Positions 42,418 through 51,782 of a DNA stretch of 64,000 nucleotides are shown in pieces (position 1 is the stretch's first letter; each line of letters opens with the position of its first letter). The notes under the pieces are model-generated. The model made no database searches, was not told where the DNA came from, and worked only from the letters and a program-made list of their open reading frames with translations. The stretch lies in contig CAVVXN010000005.1 in the NCBI GenBank assembly GCA_963752285.1, forward strand, positions 960,001 to 1,024,000. The letters run 5' to 3'. The stretch is from an uncultured Planctomycetota bacterium (GTDB lineage: Bacteria > Planctomycetota > PLA2 > JAEUHO01). The translations under genes were made by a program, and so were the position numbers.

Positions 42418-43176
42418 ATGCGGCCCTCCACGGTGCTCCTCCTCCTCGCGGCGAACGTCGGGCTCGTCGCCCTCGGCCTGATCGCCTACGACGGCCTCCG
42501 GAGCGATCGAGCGAACCCGCTCGGCTCCCCGGCCGCCGCCACGCCCTCCGGCCCCCTGCGCCGCCTCGCCGACGGCCCCGAGCTCGAACCGGCGCCGGGC
42601 GCCCTCCCCGACGCCGTTAGGGCCCTGGAAACTCGGGTCGAGAGGCTCGAGGAGGGACTTGCCGCGCTCCGTCTGGCCGCGGACGAGGCCCGCCGAGGCG
42701 GCCCGCCCGGCGCCCCGGCTCCGGCTCCCGCCCCCGGCGGGTCCGTCCCCGCCGGCACCTCGTCGGATTCGGGGGTCGGCCCGGGCGACCCCGGCGCGCC
42801 GACCGAGTTCTCTCCCGAGGAGGTCCGTAAGTTCCGGGCGCTCGAGCAGCACGTCCACGACCTCGAGGATCAGGAACGAAAGGCCCATATCGCGGAGGAC
42901 TGGTACGCGAAGACGGGCGCCGACCTCGACCCGGACACGCGACACGAGGTGATCTCCGCCATCATGGAGTTCCGCCAGCGGACGATCGCTGCGATGGTCC
43001 AGACGAGCGAAACCGCACGCACCGAGGAGGAGCGCGCCCGCGCGATCGAGGACGCCCGGAAGGCGTACTGGGACCGGATCCGGCGGGCCGCTCCCTCCGA
43101 GCAGGCCGAGAAGATCCTCTCGGCGATCGGCCACTTTCCGGGCCTCGAGCGGTACGACGCCGGCTACCGGCGCTGA
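42418..43176 (+). CDS. hypothetical membrane-anchored coiled-coil protein
   Basis: N-terminal TM (VLLLLAANVGLVALGLIAY), heptad segment VRALETRVERLEEGLAAL, Pro-rich linker, helical C-terminus. Confidence 0.7.
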   Translation: MRPSTVLLLLAANVGLVALGLIAYDGLRSDRANPLGSPAAATPSGPLRRLADGPELEPAPGALPDAVRALETRVERLEEGLAALRLAADEARRGGPPGAPAPAPAPGGSVPAGTSSDSGVGPGDPGAPTEFSPEEVRKFRALEQHVHDLEDQERKAHIAEDWYAKTGADLDPDTRHEVISAIMEFRQRTIAAMVQTSETARTEEERARAIEDARKAYWDRIRRAAPSEQAEKILSAIGHFPGLERYDAGYRR

Positions 43177-43263
43177 GGAGGCGCGAATGACCCCCGAGTG
43201 ATGCCGGGATGAGGCGCCCGTGACCCCGCTTCGCGTATCGAAGGGGGCATCGGGAGGAGCCTC

Positions 43264-44598
43264 ATGCGAGACGCGCTCTTCGTCGTGGTCGTGTCGTCGT
43301 TCCTGCTCGTCGCCGCGCGCCGTGCGTCGAGCGCCGACGACGCCGGCCGGGTCGCGCCGGTCACGTTGCACGTGCTCGCGGTGCCGCGACGTCGCGTCGC
43401 CTCGGTCCGCCGGGCGCCCGGGTTCGCCCTCGACCGCGAGCAGGTGCTCGCCCTGCTCCAGGACGCGCGGCGCGATCCCGCCATCGAGGTGCTGGCGCTG
43501 CGGCGCGTCACGGCGCACCTCGGCGAGAGCGTGCGGATCGCGCTCGTGCGCCCGATCTCGTACATCGCGCGCTACGGCGTGGAGGAGCAGGGCGACGAGG
43601 TGATCGCCGACCCGATCGTCTCGACGGTCGAGGAGGGCGTCACGGGCGAGGCGACGCTCCGAGAGGACGCGGGCCTGCTCTCGTTTCACGGCCGGCTCGA
43701 CATCACGTCGGTCGCGCGCCCGATCCGAGAGCGCACGGTCCGGCCCGTGCCGCACGGCGCGCCCATGACGATCCAGGAGCCCCAGACGAGCACGGAGGTG
43801 ATGAGTTTCGCCTTGGAAGTCTCGTCGAACGGCTGGCTGCTCGTCGGCGGCGCCGGCGGCTTCGCGCCCGGTGCCGCACCGACCGACGACCGGGGCGACG
43901 AGCGAGAGGTCGTGCTCCTGGTCCACGTCGGCGAGGTCGGCCCCGCCGGGTCGGGCGGGGGCGAGGACGTCGCCGACGCCGTCGAGATCGAGACGCGCTT
44001 CCTCGACGTGCCCTCCGACGTCGCAGCCCACGCGCTCGGTCCCGTCCGCGCGGGCGGTTCGGCCGCGCTCGCCCCGCTCGACCGCGCCACCCGCGCGCTC
44101 CTCCTCGAGGCTCCGGGCGCACGCGTCCTCGCCGCGCCGCGCGTGACGGCGCTCGCGGGCCGTCCCGCCGAGGTGAGCGTGATCGCCGAGACCGCGTACG
44201 TCCGCGACTACGAGGTCCACGAAGGGAAGGACGGTGTGCGCGTCGTCTCGCCGGTGGTGGCCACGCTCCAAGACGGCTTCCGGCTCGTCGTCTCCGCCCG
44301 GCCGAAGGCCGGCGGCTCCGTGCTCGTCCACGCACACGCCACCTTCGCGTGGCTGCACCGGCCGATCCCCGAGAAGGAGGTCGAGGTGGCGGGCCGCGCC
44401 GTGCGGGTCCAGTGCCCCGAGCTCGAGATCCGCGGGGTCGAGGCGGACGGGACCGTGACGGACGGGGCCTGGGTCGTGCTCGGCGGCCTCGGCGCGACGG
44501 AACACGGCGAGGCCCTCGTCCTGGTCCGGGTCCGGCGGGTCGAGCTCTCGAGCGCCGGCGGGGCGCCGGCGCCCGGGCGGGGCGTCAGGCCCCGCTGA
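43264..44598 (+). CDS. exported protein with two tandem secretin-C-like domains
   Basis: Signal-like N-terminus, GGAGG RBS, two internal repeats resembling the secretin core ([19 protein letters not shown]...AYVRDYEV...PVVATLQDG...VQCPELE...DGAWVVLGG). Confidence 0.6.
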   Translation: MRDALFVVVVSSFLLVAARRASSADDAGRVAPVTLHVLAVPRRRVASVRRAPGFALDREQVLALLQDARRDPAIEVLALRRVTAHLGESVRIALVRPISYIARYGVEEQGDEVIADPIVSTVEEGVTGEATLREDAGLLSFHGRLDITSVARPIRERTVRPVPHGAPMTIQEPQTSTEVMSFALEVSSNGWLLVGGAGGFAPGAAPTDDRGDEREVVLLVHVGEVGPAGSGGGEDVADAVEIETRFLDVPSDVAAHALGPVRAGGSAALAPLDRATRALLLEAPGARVLAAPRVTALAGRPAEVSVIAETAYVRDYEVHEGKDGVRVVSPVVATLQDGFRLVVSARPKAGGSVLVHAHATFAWLHRPIPEKEVEVAGRAVRVQCPELEIRGVEADGTVTDGAWVVLGGLGATEHGEALVLVRVRRVELSSAGGAPAPGRGVRPR

Positions 44599-45160
44599 CC
44601 GACGCCTTCTCGATCACGACGCGCTCCGTCGGGCGGCCGCTCGGGCTCCCGCGCTTCTCCATCTGGGAGAGGACGTCCAAGCCCTCGACGACCTCGCCGA
44701 ACACGGTGTGCTTGCCGTCGAGCCAGGCCGTCGGCGCGAACGTGAGGAAGAACTGGCTGCCGTCGGTCCCCGGCCCGGCGTTCGCCATGCTGAGCCGGCC
44801 CGGCTGGTCGTGCTGCGCGGCCGGTGAGAACTCGCCCTCGTACTTGTAGCCGGGCCCGCCCGTGCCGGTCCCCTCCGGGCACCCGCCCTGCGCCATGAAG
44901 CCCGGGATCACACGGTGGAAGGTGAGCCCGTCGTAGAACCCGAGCCGGGTCAGGTAGATGGTGCTGGACACGTGCATGGGTGCGGCCTCGGGGAGGAGGC
45001 GGACCTTGATCGTCCCGAGGTTCGTCTCGAGGGTCCACGTCCAGGTCTTCCCCGACTCGAAGTCGGCCTTCGGCGGCTTGGGAAGGCGCGTGCGCCACCT
45101 CGCCTTCGAGGTGTCGATGCCCTGCTTCTCGATGAACGCGTCGATCGCTTGGAGCGTCAT
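44585..45160 (-). CDS. cyclophilin-type peptidyl-prolyl isomerase
   Basis: [57 protein letters not shown]. Confidence 0.95.
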   Translation of the reverse strand: MTLQAIDAFIEKQGIDTSKARWRTRLPKPPKADFESGKTWTWTLETNLGTIKVRLLPEAAPMHVSSTIYLTRLGFYDGLTFHRVIPGFMAQGGCPEGTGTGGPGYKYEGEFSPAAQHDQPGRLSMANAGPGTDGSQFFLTFAPTAWLDGKHTVFGEVVEGLDVLSQMEKRGSPSGRPTERVVIEKASVSGA

Positions 45161-45197
45161 GGGGAATCTTCCTTTCGGGGGAGGCGGGTTCGGCGGG

Positions 45198-46712
45198 TCA
45201 GGCGTCGTCCTGGCCGGGCTCCCAGCGGGCGAACCGCCAGCCGAGGAGCCGGACGAGCGCCGTCACCACGAGGAGGTGCACGCCGACCCCCACGAGCCCG
45301 GAGATCCAGATGCTCGACGTGATCCCGTACGCCACGGCGGCGACCGCGACGGCCGGCACGAGCGTCAAGAGGATCGCGAGCATCTGGAGCATCGACCAGA
45401 GAAAGCTCGCCTGCCGCGGGTCGCGGCCCAGGGTGAACGTCTCGATCAGCGCGAACACGCCGACGTCGAGGATCGGGAACGACGCGAGCGCGCCGAGGGT
45501 CGTGAGGGGGTCGAGGCGCTCCAATGCGGTGTACACGACGAGGACCGCGGCCTGGGCCGCGTAGACGAGCGTCGCCGGCACGGCCACCTGCGCGAGCGCC
45601 AACCGCACGGGGGAGAGCGGCAGGGTCTTCATCGACTCGAGGTGGTCGCGGAAGCCCCGGAAGCCGAGGGGGAGGTTCGCGACCAGCGGGAGGAATGCGA
45701 GGACCACGAGGATCGTCGTCGCGGAGCTGCCCCGGCGGCCCGACGCGAGGAGCACGACGAGCAGCACCACGACGAGGCCCACCACCATGCGCAGCCGGCG
45801 GCGCAGGAGCAGCGTGTTCAGCCACGCGACCGCCGCGGCGCCGGGGATCCCGCCCGCCGCCCGCCCGGGGCGTCCGGACGGCGCCTTGGCCGCCGCGAGC
45901 TGCCTCCGGCGGTCCGCGGCCGTGACGACCGTCGTCTCGACCACGTTGACCGGGAACGCGAGCACGAGCAAGAACGACACGGCGACCGAGACGCCGAGTC
46001 CGATGAGGGAGGGCAGCGCCGTGGCGAGGTCCGGCGCGACGGCCACGTGCCCCGCGGCGACGGCCGGGTAGAAGAGCACGGCCGCGGGCTTCGACGTGAT
46101 CACCTGCGAGAGCAGGGCGGTGACGTCGTCCGAGCCCGCGAGGCCGATGATCGCGATCGTCGCCGCGACGAGGAGGACCCCGATCACGACGATCCGCGAC
46201 AGGCGACGGAGCCGGCCGAAGAGGTGGTCCCCGATGCGCCCCGCGAGGAGCGTCGTGGCCGCTTGCAGGTGGGCCGCGACGGCGAGGCAGAGCACGGTGC
46301 CGAGGTAGGCCTGCCCGGGCCGGGGCAGACGGGCGGCGCCGAGGAACACGATGTAGAGCAGTCCGAGGACCAGGATCTGGCCGTACTGCCGCCCCAGGTG
46401 GTACGCGAGGATCTGTCGGCGACGGAAGGGGCCCGGCAGGACGTAGTCCATGTCGGCCGGGAGGAACCCGAGCCCGGGCTCCCCGATCCCCCCGAGCACG
46501 GCGAGGAGGAGGTAGAGGAGGAGCACCGCGACCAGGATGCCTTCCGCGCCCCCCGCACTCGCGCCCGGGGCCGCCATGCGGCCGCCGTACGCCATCGAGC
46601 CGAAGACCAAGATCAGCAGGGCGATCCCCGCGAGGCGGGTGGGCTTCCGGAAGACCCGCAGGATCGAGTTCTTCAGGCGGACGGCGAGCAGGTAGGCGAG
46701 CGCGCGGTCCAT
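45198..46712 (-). CDS. putative ABC exporter membrane subunit
   Basis: Many TM helices, [33 protein letters not shown]; translationally coupled to the ABC ATPase. Confidence 0.8.
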   Translation of the reverse strand: MDRALAYLLAVRLKNSILRVFRKPTRLAGIALLILVFGSMAYGGRMAAPGASAGGAEGILVAVLLLYLLLAVLGGIGEPGLGFLPADMDYVLPGPFRRRQILAYHLGRQYGQILVLGLLYIVFLGAARLPRPGQAYLGTVLCLAVAAHLQAATTLLAGRIGDHLFGRLRRLSRIVVIGVLLVAATIAIIGLAGSDDVTALLSQVITSKPAAVLFYPAVAAGHVAVAPDLATALPSLIGLGVSVAVSFLLVLAFPVNVVETTVVTAADRRRQLAAAKAPSGRPGRAAGGIPGAAAVAWLNTLLLRRRLRMVVGLVVVLLVVLLASGRRGSSATTILVVLAFLPLVANLPLGFRGFRDHLESMKTLPLSPVRLALAQVAVPATLVYAAQAAVLVVYTALERLDPLTTLGALASFPILDVGVFALIETFTLGRDPRQASFLWSMLQMLAILLTLVPAVAVAAVAYGITSSIWISGLVGVGVHLLVVTALVRLLGWRFARWEPGQDDA

Positions 46713-47563
46713 CAGCCGGTCGCGTCGCCCGCGTTCTCCGCCTCCTGCTGGGCGTCCGCACCCTCCGTGATCGCGAAGAAGGCCTCCTCGAACGACCCCT
46801 CCGTGCCCGGCGCCGCCGCCGCGCGGAGGTCGCCCACCGAGGCGAGCGCGACGCGCCGGCCCCCGTGGAGCACGAGCACCCGGTCGCAGAGCCGCTCGAC
46901 GAGGTCGAGCAGGTGCGACGAGACCACCACGGACGCCCCTTCGTTGGCGCGGCGGCGGATCGCGTCGCGGATCTGCCGGATGGCCTTCGGGTCGAGGCCC
47001 GTCAACGGCTCGTCCAGCACCAGCACCCGCGGTTCGCGCAGGAAGGCGCAGGCGAACGCGAGCTTCTGTCGCATGCCGCGCGAGAGCGTGCTTCCGAGCG
47101 CGTCGCGCTTCTCGGTGAGGTCGAGCTCCCGGAGCAGGTCCTCGGCGCGCGCGGCCCAGTCGGCCACGCGCCACGCGAGCGCGGTGAACCGGAGGTGCTC
47201 GAGCACGGTCACGTTGTCGAAGGGGTTCGGCGTGTCCGGCACGAACGCGAGCGCGCGCTTGGCGCGGATCGGGTCTCGAACCACGTCGTGACCGGCGACG
47301 AGGATCCGCCCGCCGCTCGGCCGGAGGATCCCCGCGAGCGCGCGGAGCGTCGTGGTCTTGCCCGCCCCGTTCGGCCCGACCAGGCCGAGGATCTCCCCCG
47401 CCGTGACGGAGAACGTGAGGTCGCGGACGGCGACCAGCTCGCCGTAGCGCTTCGAGAGGCCCTGGACGTCCAGGAGCACCGCCCGGGCCGCCTCGTCCGG
47501 CGCCCGGTCGTCCCCCGCGTCCGGTCCGCTCCCGGCCTCCGGTCCGGCGCTCCTCGGGTCCAC
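46712..47563 (-). CDS. ABC transporter ATP-binding protein
   Basis: GPNGAGKTT, LSRGMRQK, LVLDEPLTGLDP, SSH; AAGGAG RBS before GTG 47563. Confidence 0.95.
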   Translation of the reverse strand: MDPRSAGPEAGSGPDAGDDRAPDEAARAVLLDVQGLSKRYGELVAVRDLTFSVTAGEILGLVGPNGAGKTTTLRALAGILRPSGGRILVAGHDVVRDPIRAKRALAFVPDTPNPFDNVTVLEHLRFTALAWRVADWAARAEDLLRELDLTEKRDALGSTLSRGMRQKLAFACAFLREPRVLVLDEPLTGLDPKAIRQIRDAIRRRANEGASVVVSSHLLDLVERLCDRVLVLHGGRRVALASVGDLRAAAAPGTEGSFEEAFFAITEGADAQQEAENAGDATG

Positions 47564-47713
47564 GCGGCGATGCTCCTTCTTGCCTGCCGCCGGCCGGGGG
47601 AGCCGCGGCGGAGGAGGGGACACGCTACGGCCGCGCCCCGCCCCCCACCACCCCGTGCGCGACCTTCGAATCCACGAACGGAGACCGGTCGCGGCTCCGG
47701 GAATGGGGCGGGC

Positions 47714-49540
47714 TCAGACCTCGAGGCCGATCGCCCGCATGAGCGCGATCGCGTTGCTGCGCTCGACCACGCCGGGTCGCATGCGGTAGTCGAACGTGAC
47801 CCGGTCGCCCTCGAGCCGGTCCTCGAAGTGCACGTTCGCCATCCGGCCGTCCTCCTTCGCGATCGCGGCCAGCGCCAGGTCGTGGGTGGTGACGAGGCCG
47901 ATCGCGCCGCGGTCGAGGAGCGTGTGGAGCACGGCGGCGGCGCCGAGGCGCCGATCGTGCGAGTTCGTGCCCCCGAGCATCTCGTCGAGGAGGAAGAGCA
48001 CGGGGACCGACCCGCCCGCCGCGTCCACGACCTGCTTCAGGCGCGCGATCTCGGCGTAGAACCGCGACGCGCCCTCGGAGAGCGAGTCCTCGACGCGTAT
48101 GGCGGCGCCCACCGCGAGCGCCGTCACGCAAAGGGACGTCGCCCGCACGGGCGCGCCCGCGAGCGCGAGTACCACGTTCGTCCCCACGGTGCGGAGCAGC
48201 GTGCTCTTGCCCGACATGTTCGACCCGCTCACGAGGAGTCCCTGGGGCGCGTCCTCCCCCGGCGGCGCCGCGAGGCGCACGTCGTTGCGGATGTTCGTGG
48301 CGGCGGGGAGGAGGGGATGACCGATCCCGCGCGCCTCGAGACGCGGGCCCCCTGTGGCCTGTGACTCCTCCAGGACGGGGTAGGGGTCTTCGGGGTGCTC
48401 GTACGCGTACGCCGAGAGGGAGACGAGCGCCTCGAGCTCGCCGAGCGTGCGGATCCATTCGACGAGCGCGCCCCCGTTCGCGCGGCGCCAGGCCTCGATC
48501 CGCCACGCGAGGAGGGTTCCGATCGAGAACAGCCACGAGATGGGCAGGAAGATCTGGTTGCGCCTCGCGTCCACGTAGTCCATGAGGCGGACGAGACGCC
48601 GGACCTCCGCGGACGGAGAACGCCCCTCCCGTCCGAGCGCGGCGTAGAGGGCCTCCAGACGGCCGCCCGGGCCCGTGCCCTCCTCCAGGCCCTCCGACTC
48701 GAAGCGTTCGAGGAGGCGCATGGACAACGCGAGATCCTGCGCGGGCCGGTCGGCGGACTGGAGCACCGCGTCCACGCGCGCCCGGAAGGGGATCGCCACG
48801 GTCCCCTGGACGAGCGCGGCGACCAGGAAGGGGACCATCGGGCCCCCTGCGAACGCCCACCAGGAGAACGCCGCCGCCGTGATCGGCCCCAGGACGGCGA
48901 GCGCGCGGGGCACCGCGCGCCCCGCGAGCGCGAAGGGCGCCTCCGCCCACGCGCCGGCCGTCGCGCGGTCGAGCGCCGACGCGACCTCCTCCCCCGCGAG
49001 CGCGAGGTCCTCACGCAGGTCGAGCCGCGGCGCGAGACGCCGCACCGCCTCCTGGCGTGCGCGCGCGGCCGCGACGCCGTCCGGGGCGAGGAGCCATCCG
49101 GCGAGCGTCGTCTCGCCCGCGCGGGTCCGACAGGTGGAGAGGAGCTGAAACAGCGACGCCGTCCCGAAGAGGTCGAGATCGTCGGCGTACGGGTGATGTG
49201 GGGGGCGGAGTCCCTCGCCCGTCGCGCCGCCGCCCGCCCACCGGTCCTCGACGCGGTCGAGCCCGCGCTCGTAGAACCGCGCCGCCCGTTGCGCCTCGGC
49301 GTGCCGGGCCCGGAGCGAGCCGTGGACGAAGACGAGCGCCACGAACACGACGAGCGCGACCGCCGAGAAGAGGAGGGAGAGCACGTCCGCCGCCGCGAGG
49401 ATCGCGAGACCGAGGGCGACGGCGAACACCACGAGACGCGCCGTCCCGACGCGGGCGGCGGTCGCCGCCTCCGCGACCGAACGCGTCCGATGATGCGCCA
49501 GGCGGGAACGATAGACGTCGGCCGGGCCTGACTCCGCCAC
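47714..49540 (-). CDS. membrane-anchored MutS-related ATPase (MutS domain V only)
   Basis: Two N-terminal TM, YADDLDLFG..SLFQLL, GSNMSGKSTLLR, SRFYAEI, FLLDEMLGGTNS, LVTTHDL. Confidence 0.9.
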   Translation of the reverse strand: MAESGPADVYRSRLAHHRTRSVAEAATAARVGTARLVVFAVALGLAILAAADVLSLLFSAVALVVFVALVFVHGSLRARHAEAQRAARFYERGLDRVEDRWAGGGATGEGLRPPHHPYADDLDLFGTASLFQLLSTCRTRAGETTLAGWLLAPDGVAAARARQEAVRRLAPRLDLREDLALAGEEVASALDRATAGAWAEAPFALAGRAVPRALAVLGPITAAAFSWWAFAGGPMVPFLVAALVQGTVAIPFRARVDAVLQSADRPAQDLALSMRLLERFESEGLEEGTGPGGRLEALYAALGREGRSPSAEVRRLVRLMDYVDARRNQIFLPISWLFSIGTLLAWRIEAWRRANGGALVEWIRTLGELEALVSLSAYAYEHPEDPYPVLEESQATGGPRLEARGIGHPLLPAATNIRNDVRLAAPPGEDAPQGLLVSGSNMSGKSTLLRTVGTNVVLALAGAPVRATSLCVTALAVGAAIRVEDSLSEGASRFYAEIARLKQVVDAAGGSVPVLFLLDEMLGGTNSHDRRLGAAAVLHTLLDRGAIGLVTTHDLALAAIAKEDGRMANVHFEDRLEGDRVTFDYRMRPGVVERSNAIALMRAIGLEV

Positions 49541-49648
49541 GCGATCCTCCGGGTGTCCGATGAACGGCGCTCGGCCGCCCCTCCGAGGGGGCGCCTATAC
49601 TCCCCCGGTCGGCCGACCCACGGGGGTTCGGCCCGGGAGGCCCCCCCG

Positions 49649-50500
49649 ATGCATGTCCGCCCGTGTGCGTGCCGAGTCCCCGGACTCGCGGCCCTCCTCC
49701 TCCTGGCCGCGTGTGGCGGCGGCGGAGGCGGGTCGTCGGCGGCCCCGGTCCAGCTCATCACCTCGAACGTGGTCCAGGCCATGCCCGCGGGCTACCGCGC
49801 GGTCTTCGACGCCTCCGCGCGCGTCAGCGTCAGCACCGCGCCGGTGCCGATCGACCTGACCGGCACGTACACGCTCTCGAACGAGGGCACGACCGTCGTC
49901 TACCCGCTCGACACGAGCCGCTCGGGCACGAAGGTCAAGAGCGAGATCGAGCTCGTGGTCCCGCAGATCGTGCGGAACCAGTACCCCAGCCTCCCGGCGA
50001 CGGTGCTCTTGACGCTGCGGGAGTACGTCGAGTTCGCGAACGACGGTACGTGGTACGCGCTCGGCGGCGACGCCGAAGACCCCACCGCCGTGCCGCCGGT
50101 CACGCACGTCTCGTGGGCCGCCACGCCGACGGTGGACTTCGAGCCGACGATCTTCCCCGGCCAGACGGTCGACGTACCCGAGACCGACGTCCTGGCCGAC
50201 GACCTCGTGACGGTCCTCGCGTCGCGCAAGAGCACGCGGACGGTGGCCCTCGCCACCGAGGTGCTCGACACACCTCTCGGACGCCTGGAGTGCTACCGCT
50301 CGGACGTGATCGAGACGGTCCAGCCGAACGCCCCCGGCGCGCTCCCCGTCGAGGTCACGTACCGCCGCTGGGAGCGACCCGACCTCGGTCTGATCCAGCT
50401 CCACCTCGAGAACTACCAGGTGACGGTGACCTACCAGATGCAGCCGGTGACGATCACGGTCCAGCGGATGGACGCCTACCTGCGCTCCCTCGCGCCCTGA
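49649..50500 (+). CDS. hypothetical beta-rich lipoprotein
   Basis: Lipobox LAAC + GGGGGGSS tether; TEVLDTPLGRLECYR and WERPDLGLI C-terminal motifs; GGAGG RBS. Confidence 0.75.
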   Translation: MHVRPCACRVPGLAALLLLAACGGGGGGSSAAPVQLITSNVVQAMPAGYRAVFDASARVSVSTAPVPIDLTGTYTLSNEGTTVVYPLDTSRSGTKVKSEIELVVPQIVRNQYPSLPATVLLTLREYVEFANDGTWYALGGDAEDPTAVPPVTHVSWAATPTVDFEPTIFPGQTVDVPETDVLADDLVTVLASRKSTRTVALATEVLDTPLGRLECYRSDVIETVQPNAPGALPVEVTYRRWERPDLGLIQLHLENYQVTVTYQMQPVTITVQRMDAYLRSLAP

Positions 50501-50515
50501 CGAGGGTCGCGCCGG

Positions 50516-51772
50516 TCACGACTCGCTGGGCACGCCGAAGCGCGCGTGGTACCGGGCCGAGAGCCCCTCGACCTCGTCCTCCGCGAGCCCGAAGTCGGAC
50601 AGGGCGTAGCGGTGCACGCCGTGGCGGTGTCGCGGGTTCTCGGCGAGCCACCGCTCCATCCGGACCCGCATCGCGGCCGAGACGTCTCGTCCCGCCGCGG
50701 CCTGGACGCGCTCGACCACCTCGATGGGCCTCGCCACCAGGTCGGCGTAGAGCACCTCCACGACCCGCTGGCGGTCCCGCGCCTCGATCGGCTTCTCCAT
50801 CGCGTCCAGGACGCGCCGGCCGAGGCGCAGGGCCTGGCGGCCGAGCTCGAGGTCGTCCACCCGCGCCCCGACGAGGTGGCGCAGGAGCCGTACGAGGCTG
50901 CACGTGGAGGGGAGCACCTTCCGTGTGTCGCGGTGCGTGCGGACCACGATCGCGTCCGGATAGGCCTCGAGGAGCGCGGGGACCGACTGGAGGTGCGCCG
51001 GTGACTTGAGCAGCCAGCGCCCGCCGGGGCGGCTCCACTGCAGCACGCGGAGCTGGTCGGCGTGGAAGCGGTACGCATCCACGAACCGCGACGGCGGCTG
51101 GCCGTCGAGCCACTGCCGGTACGAGGGCACGTACGCGTAGAGGTGCCAAGCGGGCGACACGAACGTCCGCAGGAGCAGCGGGAGGCACTCCTCCGGCCCG
51201 GCGGCGGTGACCGCGTGGACCGACGGGAGCTCGGGCACGACGTCGAGGAGCATACGCACGTCGCGCGCGTGCTTCCGGGGTCTCGGGTCGCCGAAGAGAC
51301 CGCGCCGGGGCAACGGGTGGTACGCCTCCCAGCCGAGCAGAGGTCGCGCCTCCGGGTCCGCGGCGAGGAGGTTCTGGAGCAGCGTGGTGCCCGTGCGGGG
51401 GAAGCCCGCCACGAAGAGCGGCCGGTCGATCCGCTCCGCGGCGATCTCGGGGTTCGCGAGGACGAGGTCGCGGATCCGGAGACGGTTCTCGAGCGCGCGC
51501 GTCACCATGCCGCCCGCGACGAGGCGACCCAGCGGCGTCAGCCGCGCCTCCGCTTCGAGCGCGCGCGCGAGCACGGGGAGGGCCTCCACGACGGGCGCCT
51601 CGGCGAGGTCGTCGGCGGCGGCGTCCTGCACGCGCGCGCGGCGCCTCGCGCGGCGGAGCAGGCGGTCGGGGTCGAGCGCCGACCGGCCGAGCCCGACCCA
51701 GGCGCCCGCCCGGGCGGCGCGGCCCGCGAGACGGACGCCGGCGCGCGTGAGCGCGCCCCGTCGGGCGCTCAC
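50516..51772 (-). CDS. PAPS-dependent sulfotransferase (Sulfotransfer_3-like)
   Basis: 5'-PSB AGFPRTGTTLLQNLL, WLLKSPAHL, 3'-PB THRD...STCSL; GGAGG RBS in the 10 nt after the PKS stop. Confidence 0.92.
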   Translation of the reverse strand: MSARRGALTRAGVRLAGRAARAGAWVGLGRSALDPDRLLRRARRRARVQDAAADDLAEAPVVEALPVLARALEAEARLTPLGRLVAGGMVTRALENRLRIRDLVLANPEIAAERIDRPLFVAGFPRTGTTLLQNLLAADPEARPLLGWEAYHPLPRRGLFGDPRPRKHARDVRMLLDVVPELPSVHAVTAAGPEECLPLLLRTFVSPAWHLYAYVPSYRQWLDGQPPSRFVDAYRFHADQLRVLQWSRPGGRWLLKSPAHLQSVPALLEAYPDAIVVRTHRDTRKVLPSTCSLVRLLRHLVGARVDDLELGRQALRLGRRVLDAMEKPIEARDRQRVVEVLYADLVARPIEVVERVQAAAGRDVSAAMRVRMERWLAENPRHRHGVHRYALSDFGLAEDEVEGLSARYHARFGVPSES

Positions 51773-51782
51773 GGCGCCCTCC

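Noticed and set aside
42220..44505. N-terminal extension of the 1341-aa ORF onto the IPT/TIG protein
   Set aside because: Antisense to two plus-strand genes; the lipoprotein signal begins at ATG 42219. The same artifact affects ORFs 1882..4566, 14629..17487, 20772..24782, 28548..33194 and 33189..36098.
47714..49540. Canonical mismatch-repair mutS
   Set aside because: Lacks the mismatch-binding domains and has TM helices.
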